A DNA stretch of 64,000 bases, from NCBI GenBank assembly GCA_038747195.1, contig JBCDKA010000001.1:139220-203219 (forward strand), given 5' to 3'. Source of the stretch: Pseudomonadota bacterium (GTDB taxonomy: Bacteria > Pseudomonadota > Gammaproteobacteria > Xanthomonadales > SZUA-38). Under the pieces are notes generated by a model. It saw only the letters and a list, made by a program, of their open reading frames with translations. It was not told the origin of the DNA and did not search any database. Shown piece after piece: positions 1 through 9,331 of the stretch (positions within the stretch are counted from its first letter, which is position 1; each line of letters starts with the position of its first letter). Made by a program: the position numbers and the translations under genes.

Positions 1-2
1 CT

Positions 3-284
3 GCCGGGTTTGACGCGCAGGACCGGCGGCTGCTCAAGACCATGATCGAGCACTTCGACGGTGGGCCGGTGGGCGTGGACTCGCTGGCCGCCGCAATCAG
101 TGAAGAGCGCGACACGATCGAAGACGTGCTCGAGCCCTACCTGATTCAGCAGGGTTACATCATGCGGACTCCGCGTGGACGCATGGTCACGGGCAAAGGC
201 TATCGCCACTTTGGGCTGAAGCCGCGTCCGGGCACCGGCGGAGATCTGTTCAGCGACCAGGACCCGGGCAGCGACCATGGCTGA
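3..284 (+). CDS. ruvB: Holliday junction branch migration helicase RuvB, C-terminal part (5' end outside window)
   Basis: [41 protein letters not shown] is the RuvB C-terminal winged-helix signature; frame open to the window edge; usual position upstream of ybgC. Confidence 0.95.
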   Translation, partial: AGFDAQDRRLLKTMIEHFDGGPVGVDSLAAAISEERDTIEDVLEPYLIQQGYIMRTPRGRMVTGKGYRHFGLKPRPGTGGDLFSDQDPGSDHG

Positions 285-690
285 GCCCGTCGCCGACTTC
301 GTCTGGCGGGTGCGGGTGTACTGGGAGGATACGGACGCGGGCGGCGTGGTCTACTACGCGAACTATCTCAAGTTTATGGAGCGCGCCCGAACCGAGTGGC
401 TACGGTCGCGGGGTTTGATCCAGAGCCGGCTTGAGGAGGAGCAGGGTGTCGTGATGGTCATGCGCGACATCAGCGCTCGCTACGTCACGCCCGCCCGGCT
501 CGACGACGAGCTGGCCGTGACGGTCACCCTTGAGAAGACCGGCGGCGCGAGCTTCGAGGTGAGTCAGCAGATCTGGCGGATGCCGGACAGCACGCTCCTG
601 GTCGAAGGGCGCGGCAGCGCCGCTTGTCTTAACGCATCGAACTGGCGGCCCTGCCGTTTCCCGGCGGTGCTCCGCGATGCGTTGACATAG
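277..690 (+). CDS. ybgC: tol-pal-associated acyl-CoA thioesterase YbgC
   Basis: [31 protein letters not shown] hot-dog thioesterase motif; overlaps ruvB stop. Confidence 0.95.
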   Translation: MAEPVADFVWRVRVYWEDTDAGGVVYYANYLKFMERARTEWLRSRGLIQSRLEEEQGVVMVMRDISARYVTPARLDDELAVTVTLEKTGGASFEVSQQIWRMPDSTLLVEGRGSAACLNASNWRPCRFPAVLRDALT

Positions 691-830
691 TCTGGGTTCC
701 GAAACGGGTGACATCCGCTAAGATTTCCGTTTAGGTACCATCGCCTGGTAAGCCTTAAAGCGAAACTAGGTCCCTTGGTCGGGCGGCTGCGATTACGGAC
801 CGCTAACTTATGGATTCGAGGAATGTCGTT

Positions 831-1637
831 ATGGTTGCTAGATGCCTCATTTTCACTGCGTTGTTTTGTGCTGCCAGCGCTGGCGCTCAGCCGCTGACCA
901 GCGCGTTCACCTACCAGGGTGAGCTGCAGCAGGGTGGATCCCTGGCCAACGGATCATTCGATTTTCAGTTTGAGCTATTCGACGTGGATGCCGGGGGGAT
1001 TGCGCTGACGGCACCGCTAGTTTTCGAGGATGTAGCGGTAGCTCAGGGCGTTTTCACGGTCCTGCTGGATTTTGGCAGAGGACCGTTTGCCGGGGACCGG
1101 CTTTGGCTTAACGTAAGCGTCCGCGAGGGCGCGAGCAACGGCGGGTTCACCGGCCTGCTGCCGCGCCAGGAGATTGTGGTGTCACCCTACGCGCTGCACG
1201 CTGAGATGGTGGCCGCGGGGGCCGTGGGCACGAGCGAAATTGTGCCCAGCCAGGTGCAGCGGCGGGTCACCGGCAACTGCGCGGCGGGAACAATGGTGCA
1301 GAGCGTCAATGAGGACGGCAGCCTCTCATGCGTTCGCAGTCCTGGACAGGCGCTGGCGTGGGCCTATGTGACTTCCACCGGTGTACTCCAGCAGTCTTTT
1401 GGGGTTGACCAGGTGACGCGGCCCAGCACCGGCGAATTTGAGATTACGCTCTCTACCGCGTTTGATGGCTTTCCCGTGGTAATCGCCACCTCTTTCGGCA
1501 GCGCAATCGACAACGAAATTATTCTTGCCAGCTCCGCCGCGAACTCCAGCGTGATCCGAGTGGTCATTGAGGAGGAGGGTTCAGGTTCTAATTCGAACTT
1601 CTACTTTGCGGTCTTTGGGGTACCGGCTGACCCGTGA
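831..1637 (+). CDS. Secreted protein with N-terminal AFTYQG domain and a C-terminal small beta domain (tail-fibre/lectin-like)
   Basis: Signal peptide ending ASAGA; AFTYQGELQQGG..NGSFDFQFELFD; VSPYALHA; GAGGA about 8 nt before ATG 831 (alternative ATG 810). Confidence 0.65.
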   Translation: MVARCLIFTALFCAASAGAQPLTSAFTYQGELQQGGSLANGSFDFQFELFDVDAGGIALTAPLVFEDVAVAQGVFTVLLDFGRGPFAGDRLWLNVSVREGASNGGFTGLLPRQEIVVSPYALHAEMVAAGAVGTSEIVPSQVQRRVTGNCAAGTMVQSVNEDGSLSCVRSPGQALAWAYVTSTGVLQQSFGVDQVTRPSTGEFEITLSTAFDGFPVVIATSFGSAIDNEIILASSAANSSVIRVVIEEEGSGSNSNFYFAVFGVPADP

Positions 1638-1674
1638 GCAATCGCCGCCTGGAGCGATCACGGCTGCGCAACTG

Positions 1675-2343
1675 TTAGTCCAGCGCGACGCTGATGTTGC
1701 CTGTCTGCAGGTCAACCAGCATGTCGCATTCGCCTCGGCCCTCATGCCAGGCGACTTCTGCGCCGACCAGCAATGAGCGGCGCGTGCGCAGGCGCCGTCC
1801 GTCGACGGCCAGGCTGGCGTCGCCGATGCCCGCGTCAAGATCCACGTTGCTGTAGCGAACCGCGCGAGCCCGGACGTTCACGTCACCGGCGCCCATATCG
1901 ACCTCAACGCAGGCGTCTACCGGCCCGACCGACAGCTCTCCAGCGCTGACGTCCAGCGAGAGCTTGCGCACCGGGGGCACCTGCACTGACGCACGCAGAT
2001 GGGCGTCGCGGAAGGAGGTTGCCGCGTTGCGGCTGAGCCGAATCCGCAGCGAGCCGTCATCGTCCTCGCGGGTAACAAATTCCAGGTCGGCCAATCGCCT
2101 GGCGCAGGCGCTGTCCTGGCTCGGACACAGCACCAGCAGATCGATCCGCAGCTGGTCGTCGTTGCCGGCAATCACCTCGATCTCGCCGATCGGAATCCGC
2201 ACCGATACGTCGGAGTCGTCGGTTACGGGGAGCGCGAGCCGCCGCTCAGGGCCGATCGCGACGTCTTTGGTTCTGGCGTCGATGACACAGCCACTGCCGA
2301 GCAGGCAAAGCAGCAGCGTTAAGGAGAGTCGAATCGTCTTCAT
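1675..2343 (-). CDS. Lipoprotein with beta-strand repeats (DUF4097/putative adhesin-like)
   Basis: MKTIRLSLTLLLCLLGSG-C lipobox; repeated V-x-x-x-[AI]-G-[ED] strands (VSAGEL, MGAGDV, AGIGDA, LQTGNI); alternative ATG 2349. Confidence 0.7.
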   Translation of the reverse strand: MKTIRLSLTLLLCLLGSGCVIDARTKDVAIGPERRLALPVTDDSDVSVRIPIGEIEVIAGNDDQLRIDLLVLCPSQDSACARRLADLEFVTREDDDGSLRIRLSRNAATSFRDAHLRASVQVPPVRKLSLDVSAGELSVGPVDACVEVDMGAGDVNVRARAVRYSNVDLDAGIGDASLAVDGRRLRTRRSLLVGAEVAWHEGRGECDMLVDLQTGNISVALD

Positions 2344-2374
2344 GGGCATTCACGTCGGGATTTACCGTTCAGCA

Positions 2375-2400
2375 TACGAATGAGGGCGGCAAAGGTTACA
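2375..2400 (-). promoter_or_regulatory. Candidate ECF sigma factor promoter for the DUF4097-like lipoprotein
   Basis: Minus strand reads TGTAACC-N15-CGTA (AAC-N16-CGT), the general ECF -35/-10 pattern, about 30 nt upstream of the start. Confidence 0.45.
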
Positions 2401-2558
2401 GTGGCTAGGGAGATTGCCCGGTTGCGGGCCGCAAGTGAAGCGCTGATAGTCATACCGGCAGCGGCGGACGATTTTTTGGGTTTGAGGCGTGCTGCCGTAT
2501 TTGCGCGATCCACTTGTGCTAGCGTTCCAGGCTCAACAAGAATCGAGGAGGCAACCCT

Positions 2559-3791
2559 ATGAGGCGGACGGGCTTGGCCCTGGCATTGCTGGGCGGAACG
2601 GTAGCTGTGCAGGCGCAGGTGGATAACCTTCGAATCACCGAGGTTGATCCCGCGACTGGCGAGGTTGAAGTCACCAACGTGGGAGACGAATTCACGACGA
2701 GCGTGAATCGACCTTTCTGCCATCGGTTCGTTTATCAAAACAATATCCCCGCAAACACGCTGTTCGGTGCCGGTGGTATTCAGACTTTTTCGCTCAATAA
2801 CCTGGACGCTTCGGCGAGTGATCTCTGGATCTATCGCTCGAGCCCCTTCGGAAGCGCCGCCAATCTCATCCAGGGACTGCAGTATGGCGCACCGGTCTCG
2901 GGCCGAGCCGGTCTGGCCAGCGGCGATGACAAATGGTCAGGCGCCGACAGCGTAGCGCCGGTGCCGCCGTCGGGCATGACGCTGTCCTGGGATGGCTTCG
3001 GCAACACCGCCTTCGACTGGTATGTCGACGAGACGCCGTCGCTCGGCAGCGCAGAAATGGAGACGCCCGGCACCATTCCTCCAAGCACCGCGTTTCCGGC
3101 CGGCGTGCAGGACTTCGAGTCGCTGCTCCTGGGTGACACCGTGTCGGTGATTCAAAACTGGCCCGTGGTCGACTCAAGCCCCACTGGCGCCTTCACGATT
3201 CGAACCGTCAGCGACGTGCTCGGAACCACCACGCCGCGCAGCATGGACTCAAGCCAGTGGCTGCGGATCCACGACGCGGACCCGGGAGATGTACAGAACC
3301 GGTTCTACGGACCGACCATTGAAGCCGTGGTTGAGTCCAACTATGAGTGGCGCTTCTTCAACGCGGTTGAAGCGCCGCCGCCGGCGAGTGGTGATAACTA
3401 TCCGCGCTACACGATCCAGCATATCGACGGCGGTTTCGCCAACACCTGGGGCATCGAGTATCGCAACGACGGCGTTTATCTGGTGGTGATCGGCTCTGGC
3501 GGTACGCCGGCGTCCACGCTGATCCAGGCCTCCACTTACCCGGATGATCTCGGCGTGTGGCAGGAAGTCTCGCTCATGGTGGACTTCGGCATGGATACGG
3601 TTTCCGCCAGCATCGACGGCCAGACGCCGGTATCGCTGCCGATCAACCTCGCGGCCACCGCAGACGCCACCCGATTCCGTTTCTGCTATCGCGGTGAAGG
3701 GGTCGGCAACGTCGGCACGTTCCTGCTGGACGACGTATCGGTGGCGGTTGACGACCCCCGGCTGATCTTCGCCAACGGCTTCGAGGAGTAA
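2559..3791 (+). CDS. Secreted beta-rich protein ending in LIFANGFEE
   Basis: GAGGAGG RBS; signal peptide (AVQA); acidic beta-rich sequence; no recognised catalytic motif. Confidence 0.8.
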   Translation: MRRTGLALALLGGTVAVQAQVDNLRITEVDPATGEVEVTNVGDEFTTSVNRPFCHRFVYQNNIPANTLFGAGGIQTFSLNNLDASASDLWIYRSSPFGSAANLIQGLQYGAPVSGRAGLASGDDKWSGADSVAPVPPSGMTLSWDGFGNTAFDWYVDETPSLGSAEMETPGTIPPSTAFPAGVQDFESLLLGDTVSVIQNWPVVDSSPTGAFTIRTVSDVLGTTTPRSMDSSQWLRIHDADPGDVQNRFYGPTIEAVVESNYEWRFFNAVEAPPPASGDNYPRYTIQHIDGGFANTWGIEYRNDGVYLVVIGSGGTPASTLIQASTYPDDLGVWQEVSLMVDFGMDTVSASIDGQTPVSLPINLAATADATRFRFCYRGEGVGNVGTFLLDDVSVAVDDPRLIFANGFEE

Positions 3792-3808
3792 CTCCCTTGC
3801 TGGGGCGA

Positions 3809-5242
3809 TTAGCGCACCGCCTGCTTTGACCCACAGCTTGCCGGCAGCCCCTTCAGCTCGACGGATCGCGGCTGGCGCCAGTCGCTGAATCCCGCGTTGT
3901 CGCCAGCGCGACCGGCGTTGAAGCTCGAGATCGACGTTTGGTCCGCGCGGCCTGAGTCAAAAGATGGGGCGAGGTAGCAACGCTGGGAGCGAGCGCTGAA
4001 GATGCCGGTGAGTCCGCAGCGGGCCCACATCAGGCCGCTTGCCGGGTCAAAAACCACCGGCCCGTGCGAGCTGAGATGTTTGCCGCGGATCGGAAAGCAG
4101 GCCTTTTCCGCTGTTTCGAAGCTGGCCGCGTAGATGAGGTCGACGAAGTCGCGGAGGACCACGATTGCGGTGTTTGCCGGCCCGATGAGATAGGACGGGG
4201 ACGGCTGAAGCGTGATTTCGATGGTTTCGTCACCCTCCATGTCGTCGCTGTCGGCCTGGGGCTGGAGATCGAGCTGCAGGGTCAGCTCGTTGGCTCCAAT
4301 CACGGTGCCGCCCGTCACGACAAAGTCCTGCGGCGAGCCGGCGCTGCCGCCGAGGGTGTAGTTCACGGCGATCGCCTGAGTCGGGTCCCCACCGCCGGAA
4401 CGGGTGAGAAGAAAGGCGCCGGGATTGGCTCCGGCCTCGCTCATGTCGGCGTCCAGCACCGATACCTCGATCACCGGTGCGTCGTCCGTGAGCGTGAACG
4501 TCACGGTGTCCGGGTCGCCGGTGATGTACTGTGAGTTGGGCAGAAATGTCACGGTGATGGTCTCGTCACCTTCGACGACGTTGTCGCTCACCGGAGTGAG
4601 CGTAACGCTAGTGCTGGTCTGACCGCCCGCAAAGCTAAAGCTCGTAGCCTGCACGAAGTCGAACAGTGGGGTTGCGGTACCGGTGTACGCTACGGAGCCG
4701 GAAAAACTCTGTTCAATTCGCCCGCCGCTGCGGCTCACTTCAAAGCTGCCTGGGTCCAGCCCGATCTCGGATATGGTGGCATCGGTGATGGCGATGGTGA
4801 GGACCGCCGGGTCGTCTTCGATCTCAAGCGTTGCGGTGGCGTCCGGCCCAACCTCATATTCCGGGAGCGACTGGGGGGTGACCTCCACCGTTTCGGTGCC
4901 CTCGACCAGGTTGTCCGACCGTGGCGTGAGCTCAATCAGCTGCGACTCCACGTTGGCGCCCAGCAGCACCTGAGACGGCGGAGTCTCATAGTCGCCCTGC
5001 AGGGCGACAGCCGTGCCCCCGTAGATCAGATTCACCCGCAGCTCCTGGCTGACGTCTCCGCCCTCGCGGCTGACCAGAAAGCTGCCCGTGTCGAGAGCCG
5101 CTTCGGCCATCTGGGCGTCGACGCTGGTGATGCTGACGACGGGTAGATCCCCGGCAGCGGCGCCGGCAGATGCCAGAGCCAGGGCTGAGAGCCAGGAAAG
5201 ACGGTTGCGGGAAAAAATGAACGGATTGGCGAGCTTTGACAT
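3809..5242 (-). CDS. Secreted protein with three Calx-beta-like repeats and a partial DUF1566 (Lcl)-like C-terminal segment
   Basis: GGAGG RBS; signal peptide; three about 110 aa repeats (GSFLVSREGG, GSFEVSRSGG, GAFLLTRSGG; DNLVEGTET, DNVVEGDET, DDMEGDET); tail DPASGLMWARC...AGFSDWRQP..EL. Confidence 0.8.
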   Translation of the reverse strand: MSKLANPFIFSRNRLSWLSALALASAGAAAGDLPVVSITSVDAQMAEAALDTGSFLVSREGGDVSQELRVNLIYGGTAVALQGDYETPPSQVLLGANVESQLIELTPRSDNLVEGTETVEVTPQSLPEYEVGPDATATLEIEDDPAVLTIAITDATISEIGLDPGSFEVSRSGGRIEQSFSGSVAYTGTATPLFDFVQATSFSFAGGQTSTSVTLTPVSDNVVEGDETITVTFLPNSQYITGDPDTVTFTLTDDAPVIEVSVLDADMSEAGANPGAFLLTRSGGGDPTQAIAVNYTLGGSAGSPQDFVVTGGTVIGANELTLQLDLQPQADSDDMEGDETIEITLQPSPSYLIGPANTAIVVLRDFVDLIYAASFETAEKACFPIRGKHLSSHGPVVFDPASGLMWARCGLTGIFSARSQRCYLAPSFDSGRADQTSISSFNAGRAGDNAGFSDWRQPRSVELKGLPASCGSKQAVR

Positions 5243-5488
5243 AACGGCAGCCTCCAGGCGGCGCGGCGGGGTGATCCCGCCGGTTTCCGCTCATGGTCAC
5301 TGCGGTTGCACCCGTAGTCTCAACGCAATCCTGACGGCCTCCTGACCGGCTTGTGACGGACGCAGTTTGTCGCGCGACAACGGGCAATCCCTGTCATAAT
5401 TCGCCCTGAATTTGCCCCCAAAATGCCATGAACAGCCGAATAATGAAGCGCAATGCATATTTTTCCCGATCCCGAGGTCTGACTGACC

Positions 5489-6163
5489 ATGGGTGATTTC
5501 AATCCGCTGGAGCTGATCCTCCAGGCCAGCACCATGGTGCAGTTTGTGATGCTGATCCTGCTGCTGGCATCCTTTTCTTCCTGGTGGATCATCTTTGGCA
5601 AGCGCAAGGTGATTTCCACCGCCCGCCGCGACGCGGACGACTTCGAGGAGCGCTTCTGGTCCGGTGTTGACCTGGCGGCGCTGTTTCGGGAAATCAGCGC
5701 TGAGCGAAATCGCGTCGCGGGGCTTGAGTCCATCTTCGAGGCGGGTTTCCGTGAGTTTGCCCGAACCCGCCAGAGCAAGCGCACGAGCGGGCGAGTGCTG
5801 GAAAGCGCGGAGCGCGCTATGCGGGTGGCGCTGAACCGGGAGCTGGATCATCTGGAAAATCACCTCAGCTTTCTCGCCACCGTCGGCAGCACCAGCCCCT
5901 ACGTCGGGCTGTTCGGCACCGTGTGGGGCATCATGATCTCGTTCAACGCGCTCTCCAACGTGAACCAGGCGACCATCGCGATGGTGGCGCCGGGGATTTC
6001 CGAGGCGCTGATCGCTACCGCGATGGGGCTGTTTGCGGCGATCCCCGCGGTGGTGGCCTACAACAAGTACTCCAGCGAAGTGGAGCGCCTGGAGGGTCGC
6101 TACGACACCTTTAAAGAGGAGTTTTCCACCATCCTTCACCGACAGGCGGATATGGAAGACTGA
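5489..6163 (+). CDS. tolQ: Tol-Pal system protein TolQ
   Basis: FLATVGSTSPYVGLFGTVWGIM and VAPGISEALIATAMGLFAAIPAV motifs. Confidence 0.97.
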   Translation: MGDFNPLELILQASTMVQFVMLILLLASFSSWWIIFGKRKVISTARRDADDFEERFWSGVDLAALFREISAERNRVAGLESIFEAGFREFARTRQSKRTSGRVLESAERAMRVALNRELDHLENHLSFLATVGSTSPYVGLFGTVWGIMISFNALSNVNQATIAMVAPGISEALIATAMGLFAAIPAVVAYNKYSSEVERLEGRYDTFKEEFSTILHRQADMED

Positions 6164-6585
6164 TGCCGCGCGGCAAACGCAAACAAATAGCGGAGATCAA
6201 CGTCGTTCCCTACATCGACGTGATGCTGGTCCTGCTCATTATTTTTATGATCACCGCCCCGCTGCTCCAGCTGGGGGTCGAAATCGAGCTGCCGGAAGCT
6301 GACGCGGCGCCGATGGACCAGCAGAGCGACGAGCCGGTGGTGGTCAACGTGATGGCCAACGGCGACTTTTACCTGTCGCTGGACGGGGTGGTCGAGCTGA
6401 TCGACAGCGAAACGCTGATCACTAAGGTCTCGGCGTTTGTCCGCAACAACCCGAACATTTCGGTGCTGATCGGCGGCGATCAGTCGGTGCCCTATGGCCG
6501 CGTTTACGAAGCTATGGTTTCGCTGCAGAAAGCGGGCGTGCCCAAGGTTGGTCTGATGTCAGACCCGCTTGAGGTTGAGCCTTGA
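6163..6585 (+). CDS. tolR: Tol-Pal system protein TolR
   Basis: EINVVPYIDVMLVLLIIFMITAP; TGATG coupling to tolQ. Confidence 0.97.
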   Translation: MPRGKRKQIAEINVVPYIDVMLVLLIIFMITAPLLQLGVEIELPEADAAPMDQQSDEPVVVNVMANGDFYLSLDGVVELIDSETLITKVSAFVRNNPNISVLIGGDQSVPYGRVYEAMVSLQKAGVPKVGLMSDPLEVEP

Positions 6586-7442
6586 GCACCGCTTTGGTCT
6601 ACGACGGTTCCGCGGCCGCTCAGTCGCTGCTGCTGCACGGCGTGATCGGTGTGCTTCTGGTCTTCGGTCTGCGCTGGACCTCCGAGACGATCGAACCCAA
6701 GTTTCCCAACGCGATTCAGGCGGTGGTGGTCGATACCAGCGCCATGCGTGAGGCGCAGCAGCAACGTAAGGAGGCCGCGCAGCAGAAGCTGCGCGACCAG
6801 GCGGCAGAACGCCGGCGCCAGGAGCAGACCCGCCAGGCTGAGGCCCAAGCGGAAGCCGAGCGGAAGCGCGCTGAGCAGGAAAAGGTTCGCCAGCAGCAGG
6901 CAGAAAGGCAGCGGGCGGATGATCTCCGGCAGCAGCGCCTGGCTCAGGAGCGCGAGCGCAACGAGGCGCTGGCGCGGAAGCAGGCGGCGCTCAAAGCCGA
7001 ACGGGAAAAGCTGGCGGCGGAGCGCGAGAAGCAGCAGCGCGACCTGGCGGAGATCCAGGCGCAGCGCGAGGCGGACGCTTTGGCCCGGGAGAAGGCGATC
7101 GAAGACGCCCGGCGTCAGCAGCTGCTCGACATCGAAAACCAGCAGCGCCAGGCGCAGCAGGATTTGACCAAGATGGAAGAGTGGGTGGGCCTGATCGCGG
7201 CGCTCGTTCGGCAAAACTGGCGCAAGCCGCCGACGGCAAGATCGGGCGAGCGATGCCGGGTCAACGTCAGTCAGCTCCCTGGCGGCGACGTGATCAGCGC
7301 CACCGTGGCGCCTGGCTGCAACGTTGATGAGGTGACCAAACGCTCGATTGTCGACGCCGTACTGCGCTCCGAGCCGCTGCCCTACCAAGGCTTCGAGCGG
7401 GTGTTCCGGCGCCAACTGACTTTTGAATTTGTGGTGGATTAG
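6582..7442 (+). CDS. tolA: Tol-Pal system protein TolA
   Basis: SLLLH transmembrane motif, Gln/Glu/Ala/Arg-rich helical linker, C-terminal NWRKP...LPGGDV...RSIVDAV..PLP domain; TTG start overlapping tolR stop. Confidence 0.9.
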   Translation: MSTALVYDGSAAAQSLLLHGVIGVLLVFGLRWTSETIEPKFPNAIQAVVVDTSAMREAQQQRKEAAQQKLRDQAAERRRQEQTRQAEAQAEAERKRAEQEKVRQQQAERQRADDLRQQRLAQERERNEALARKQAALKAEREKLAAEREKQQRDLAEIQAQREADALAREKAIEDARRQQLLDIENQQRQAQQDLTKMEEWVGLIAALVRQNWRKPPTARSGERCRVNVSQLPGGDVISATVAPGCNVDEVTKRSIVDAVLRSEPLPYQGFERVFRRQLTFEFVVD

Positions 7443-7443
7443 G

Positions 7444-8763
7444 ATGCAGAGAGTGCTTAGAAACGCCTGTGCGGCCCTGTGCCTTTTTGCCGGCGCAGTG
7501 CTGGCTCAGGACGATGTGGTCATTGTGATTACGCCGTCGGGTGAGGCGGCCGTGCCCATCGCCGTGGTGCCCTTTGCCTGGAGTGCGGAGACCGCGCTGC
7601 GCGAGGTGGACGTGACCAAGGTGGTGACCGATGACCTGTCCCGCAGCGGGCAGTTTCGCACGCTGCCGATGGCCGACATGATCGAGCGGCCGAGCCGTCC
7701 CAGCGATGTTAACTACGGGACCTGGCGGCGGCTGAACGTCGATTACCTGGTGATCGGTGAGGTGACGGGCAGCGACACGCTGGGCTATGGCATCCGGATG
7801 CACCTGCTGAACGTCACCACCGGCGACGCGCTGCTGAGCCTGGAGTTTACCTCCCGCGCCGGCGGCATGCGCTACACCGCGCACCACATCGCGGACACGG
7901 TCTACGAAGCGCTGCTCGACGTACCGGGCTTTTTCCGTACCCGGCTGGTCTATGTGACCCGCAGCGGTGAGGGCGACAACACCGAGTTTTCGCTGATGGT
8001 TGCGGACGCGGACGGCTACGGACCGCAGCCTGTGGTTCGCTCCAAAGAGCCCCTGCTGTCGCCCGCCTGGGCGCCGGACGGCCGGTCGGTGGCTTACGTG
8101 TCCTTCGAGAAGGGCAACTCATCGATCTACACCCAGGAGCTGGCATCCGGACAGCGCCAGCTGGTAGCGAGTTTCAAGGGGATTAACGGCGCCCCGGCGT
8201 TTTCTCCCGACGGAAACCGGCTGGCGCTGGCATTGTCTAGAAGCGGGAATCTTGAGATCTACGTCATGGATCTGGCCACGCGACGCACGGTACAGTTGAC
8301 GCGGCATTTTGGCATCGACACCGAGCCGGCGTGGAGCCCGGACGGGCGATACGTGTACTTCACGTCCGACCGGGGCGGCCGGCCGCAGATCTATCGCGTG
8401 GAGCCCCGATCGGGTGCTGAGGCGGAGCGGATCACGCGGCAGGGTGAATACAACGCGCGCGCCTCGATGTCGCCCGACAGCAGCCAGCTGGTGCTGGTGC
8501 ATGGCAACGACAATAACTATAAGATTGCGTTGCTGGATACGGAGCGAAATATCTTAAGGACCATATCGGACGGTCCGCTGGACGAGTCACCCAGTTTTGC
8601 GCCAAACGGACGGATGGTGCTGTATGCTTCAAGACGTGGCACGCAGGGTGTATTATCCGCGGTGCCGATCTATGGTGCTGCGGCGGCGGGACAAACCGCG
8701 CATCAACTGATTTTTGCGGACGGCGACATCCGAGAGCCGGCGTGGTCGCCCATAAGACAGTAA
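7444..8763 (+). CDS. tolB: Tol-Pal system beta-propeller protein TolB
   Basis: Signal peptide, PIAVVPF, DLSRSGQF, PD40 repeats (SPAWAPDG, APAFSPDG, EPAWSPDG), ends EPAWSP. Confidence 0.97.
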   Translation: MQRVLRNACAALCLFAGAVLAQDDVVIVITPSGEAAVPIAVVPFAWSAETALREVDVTKVVTDDLSRSGQFRTLPMADMIERPSRPSDVNYGTWRRLNVDYLVIGEVTGSDTLGYGIRMHLLNVTTGDALLSLEFTSRAGGMRYTAHHIADTVYEALLDVPGFFRTRLVYVTRSGEGDNTEFSLMVADADGYGPQPVVRSKEPLLSPAWAPDGRSVAYVSFEKGNSSIYTQELASGQRQLVASFKGINGAPAFSPDGNRLALALSRSGNLEIYVMDLATRRTVQLTRHFGIDTEPAWSPDGRYVYFTSDRGGRPQIYRVEPRSGAEAERITRQGEYNARASMSPDSSQLVLVHGNDNNYKIALLDTERNILRTISDGPLDESPSFAPNGRMVLYASRRGTQGVLSAVPIYGAAAAGQTAHQLIFADGDIREPAWSPIRQ

Positions 8764-8794
8764 CGCGCCAACAATCGTAATTGGGAGTTAGACG

Positions 8795-9331
8795 ATGAAG
8801 AATCTGACCCGTTTCACCATGCTGGTGACGGCCTGTTTTGTTCTGGCAGCTTGTGCCAGCAAAGACCCTGCCCCGGTGGAGCCGGCCGAGCCGATGGAAG
8901 CGAAGCCAACCCGGCCCGCCGAGCCGACGGTTACACCGGTTGATCCAACGGACTATACCGATCCTCGGAACCTGGGTCGGGGAGACAGCCTGCTGTCCCG
9001 CCGCGTCGTCTACTTCGATTTTGACCAGTCGCGTATCAAGCCTGAGTATCGCGACATCATCGCCGCCCACGCGACGTATCTCGGGGCCAACGGTGGCGCA
9101 CGTATCACGCTGGAAGGTCACGCCGACGAGCGCGGCACCCGGGAATACAACCTGGGTCTGGGCGAGCGCCGCGGAAACGCCGTTTCTGACCTCATCGACG
9201 CGCAGGGCGCCAGCGCCTCGCAGCTCTCGGTGGTTTCTTACGGCGAAGAGCGTCCCTCCAACAACTGCAGCGAAGAGCGTTGCTGGAGCCAGAATCGCCG
9301 CGTGGAGATCGTTTACACCTCGCAGCAATGA
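8795..9331 (+). CDS. pal: Peptidoglycan-associated lipoprotein Pal
   Basis: Lipobox LAAC; VYFDFD, EGHADERGTREYNLGLGERR, SYGEERP, NRRVE. Confidence 0.97.
   Translation: MKNLTRFTMLVTACFVLAACASKDPAPVEPAEPMEAKPTRPAEPTVTPVDPTDYTDPRNLGRGDSLLSRRVVYFDFDQSRIKPEYRDIIAAHATYLGANGGARITLEGHADERGTREYNLGLGERRGNAVSDLIDAQGASASQLSVVSYGEERPSNNCSEERCWSQNRRVEIVYTSQQ

Noticed and set aside
3809..4110. DUF1566-like segment as a diversity-generating retroelement target
   Set aside because: No reverse transcriptase or template repeat seen, and the variable C-terminal half is absent
8707..8724. LIFADG near the TolB C-terminus resembling the candidate sorting motif
   Set aside because: Lacks the FE ending and lies in the last propeller blade; likely coincidence
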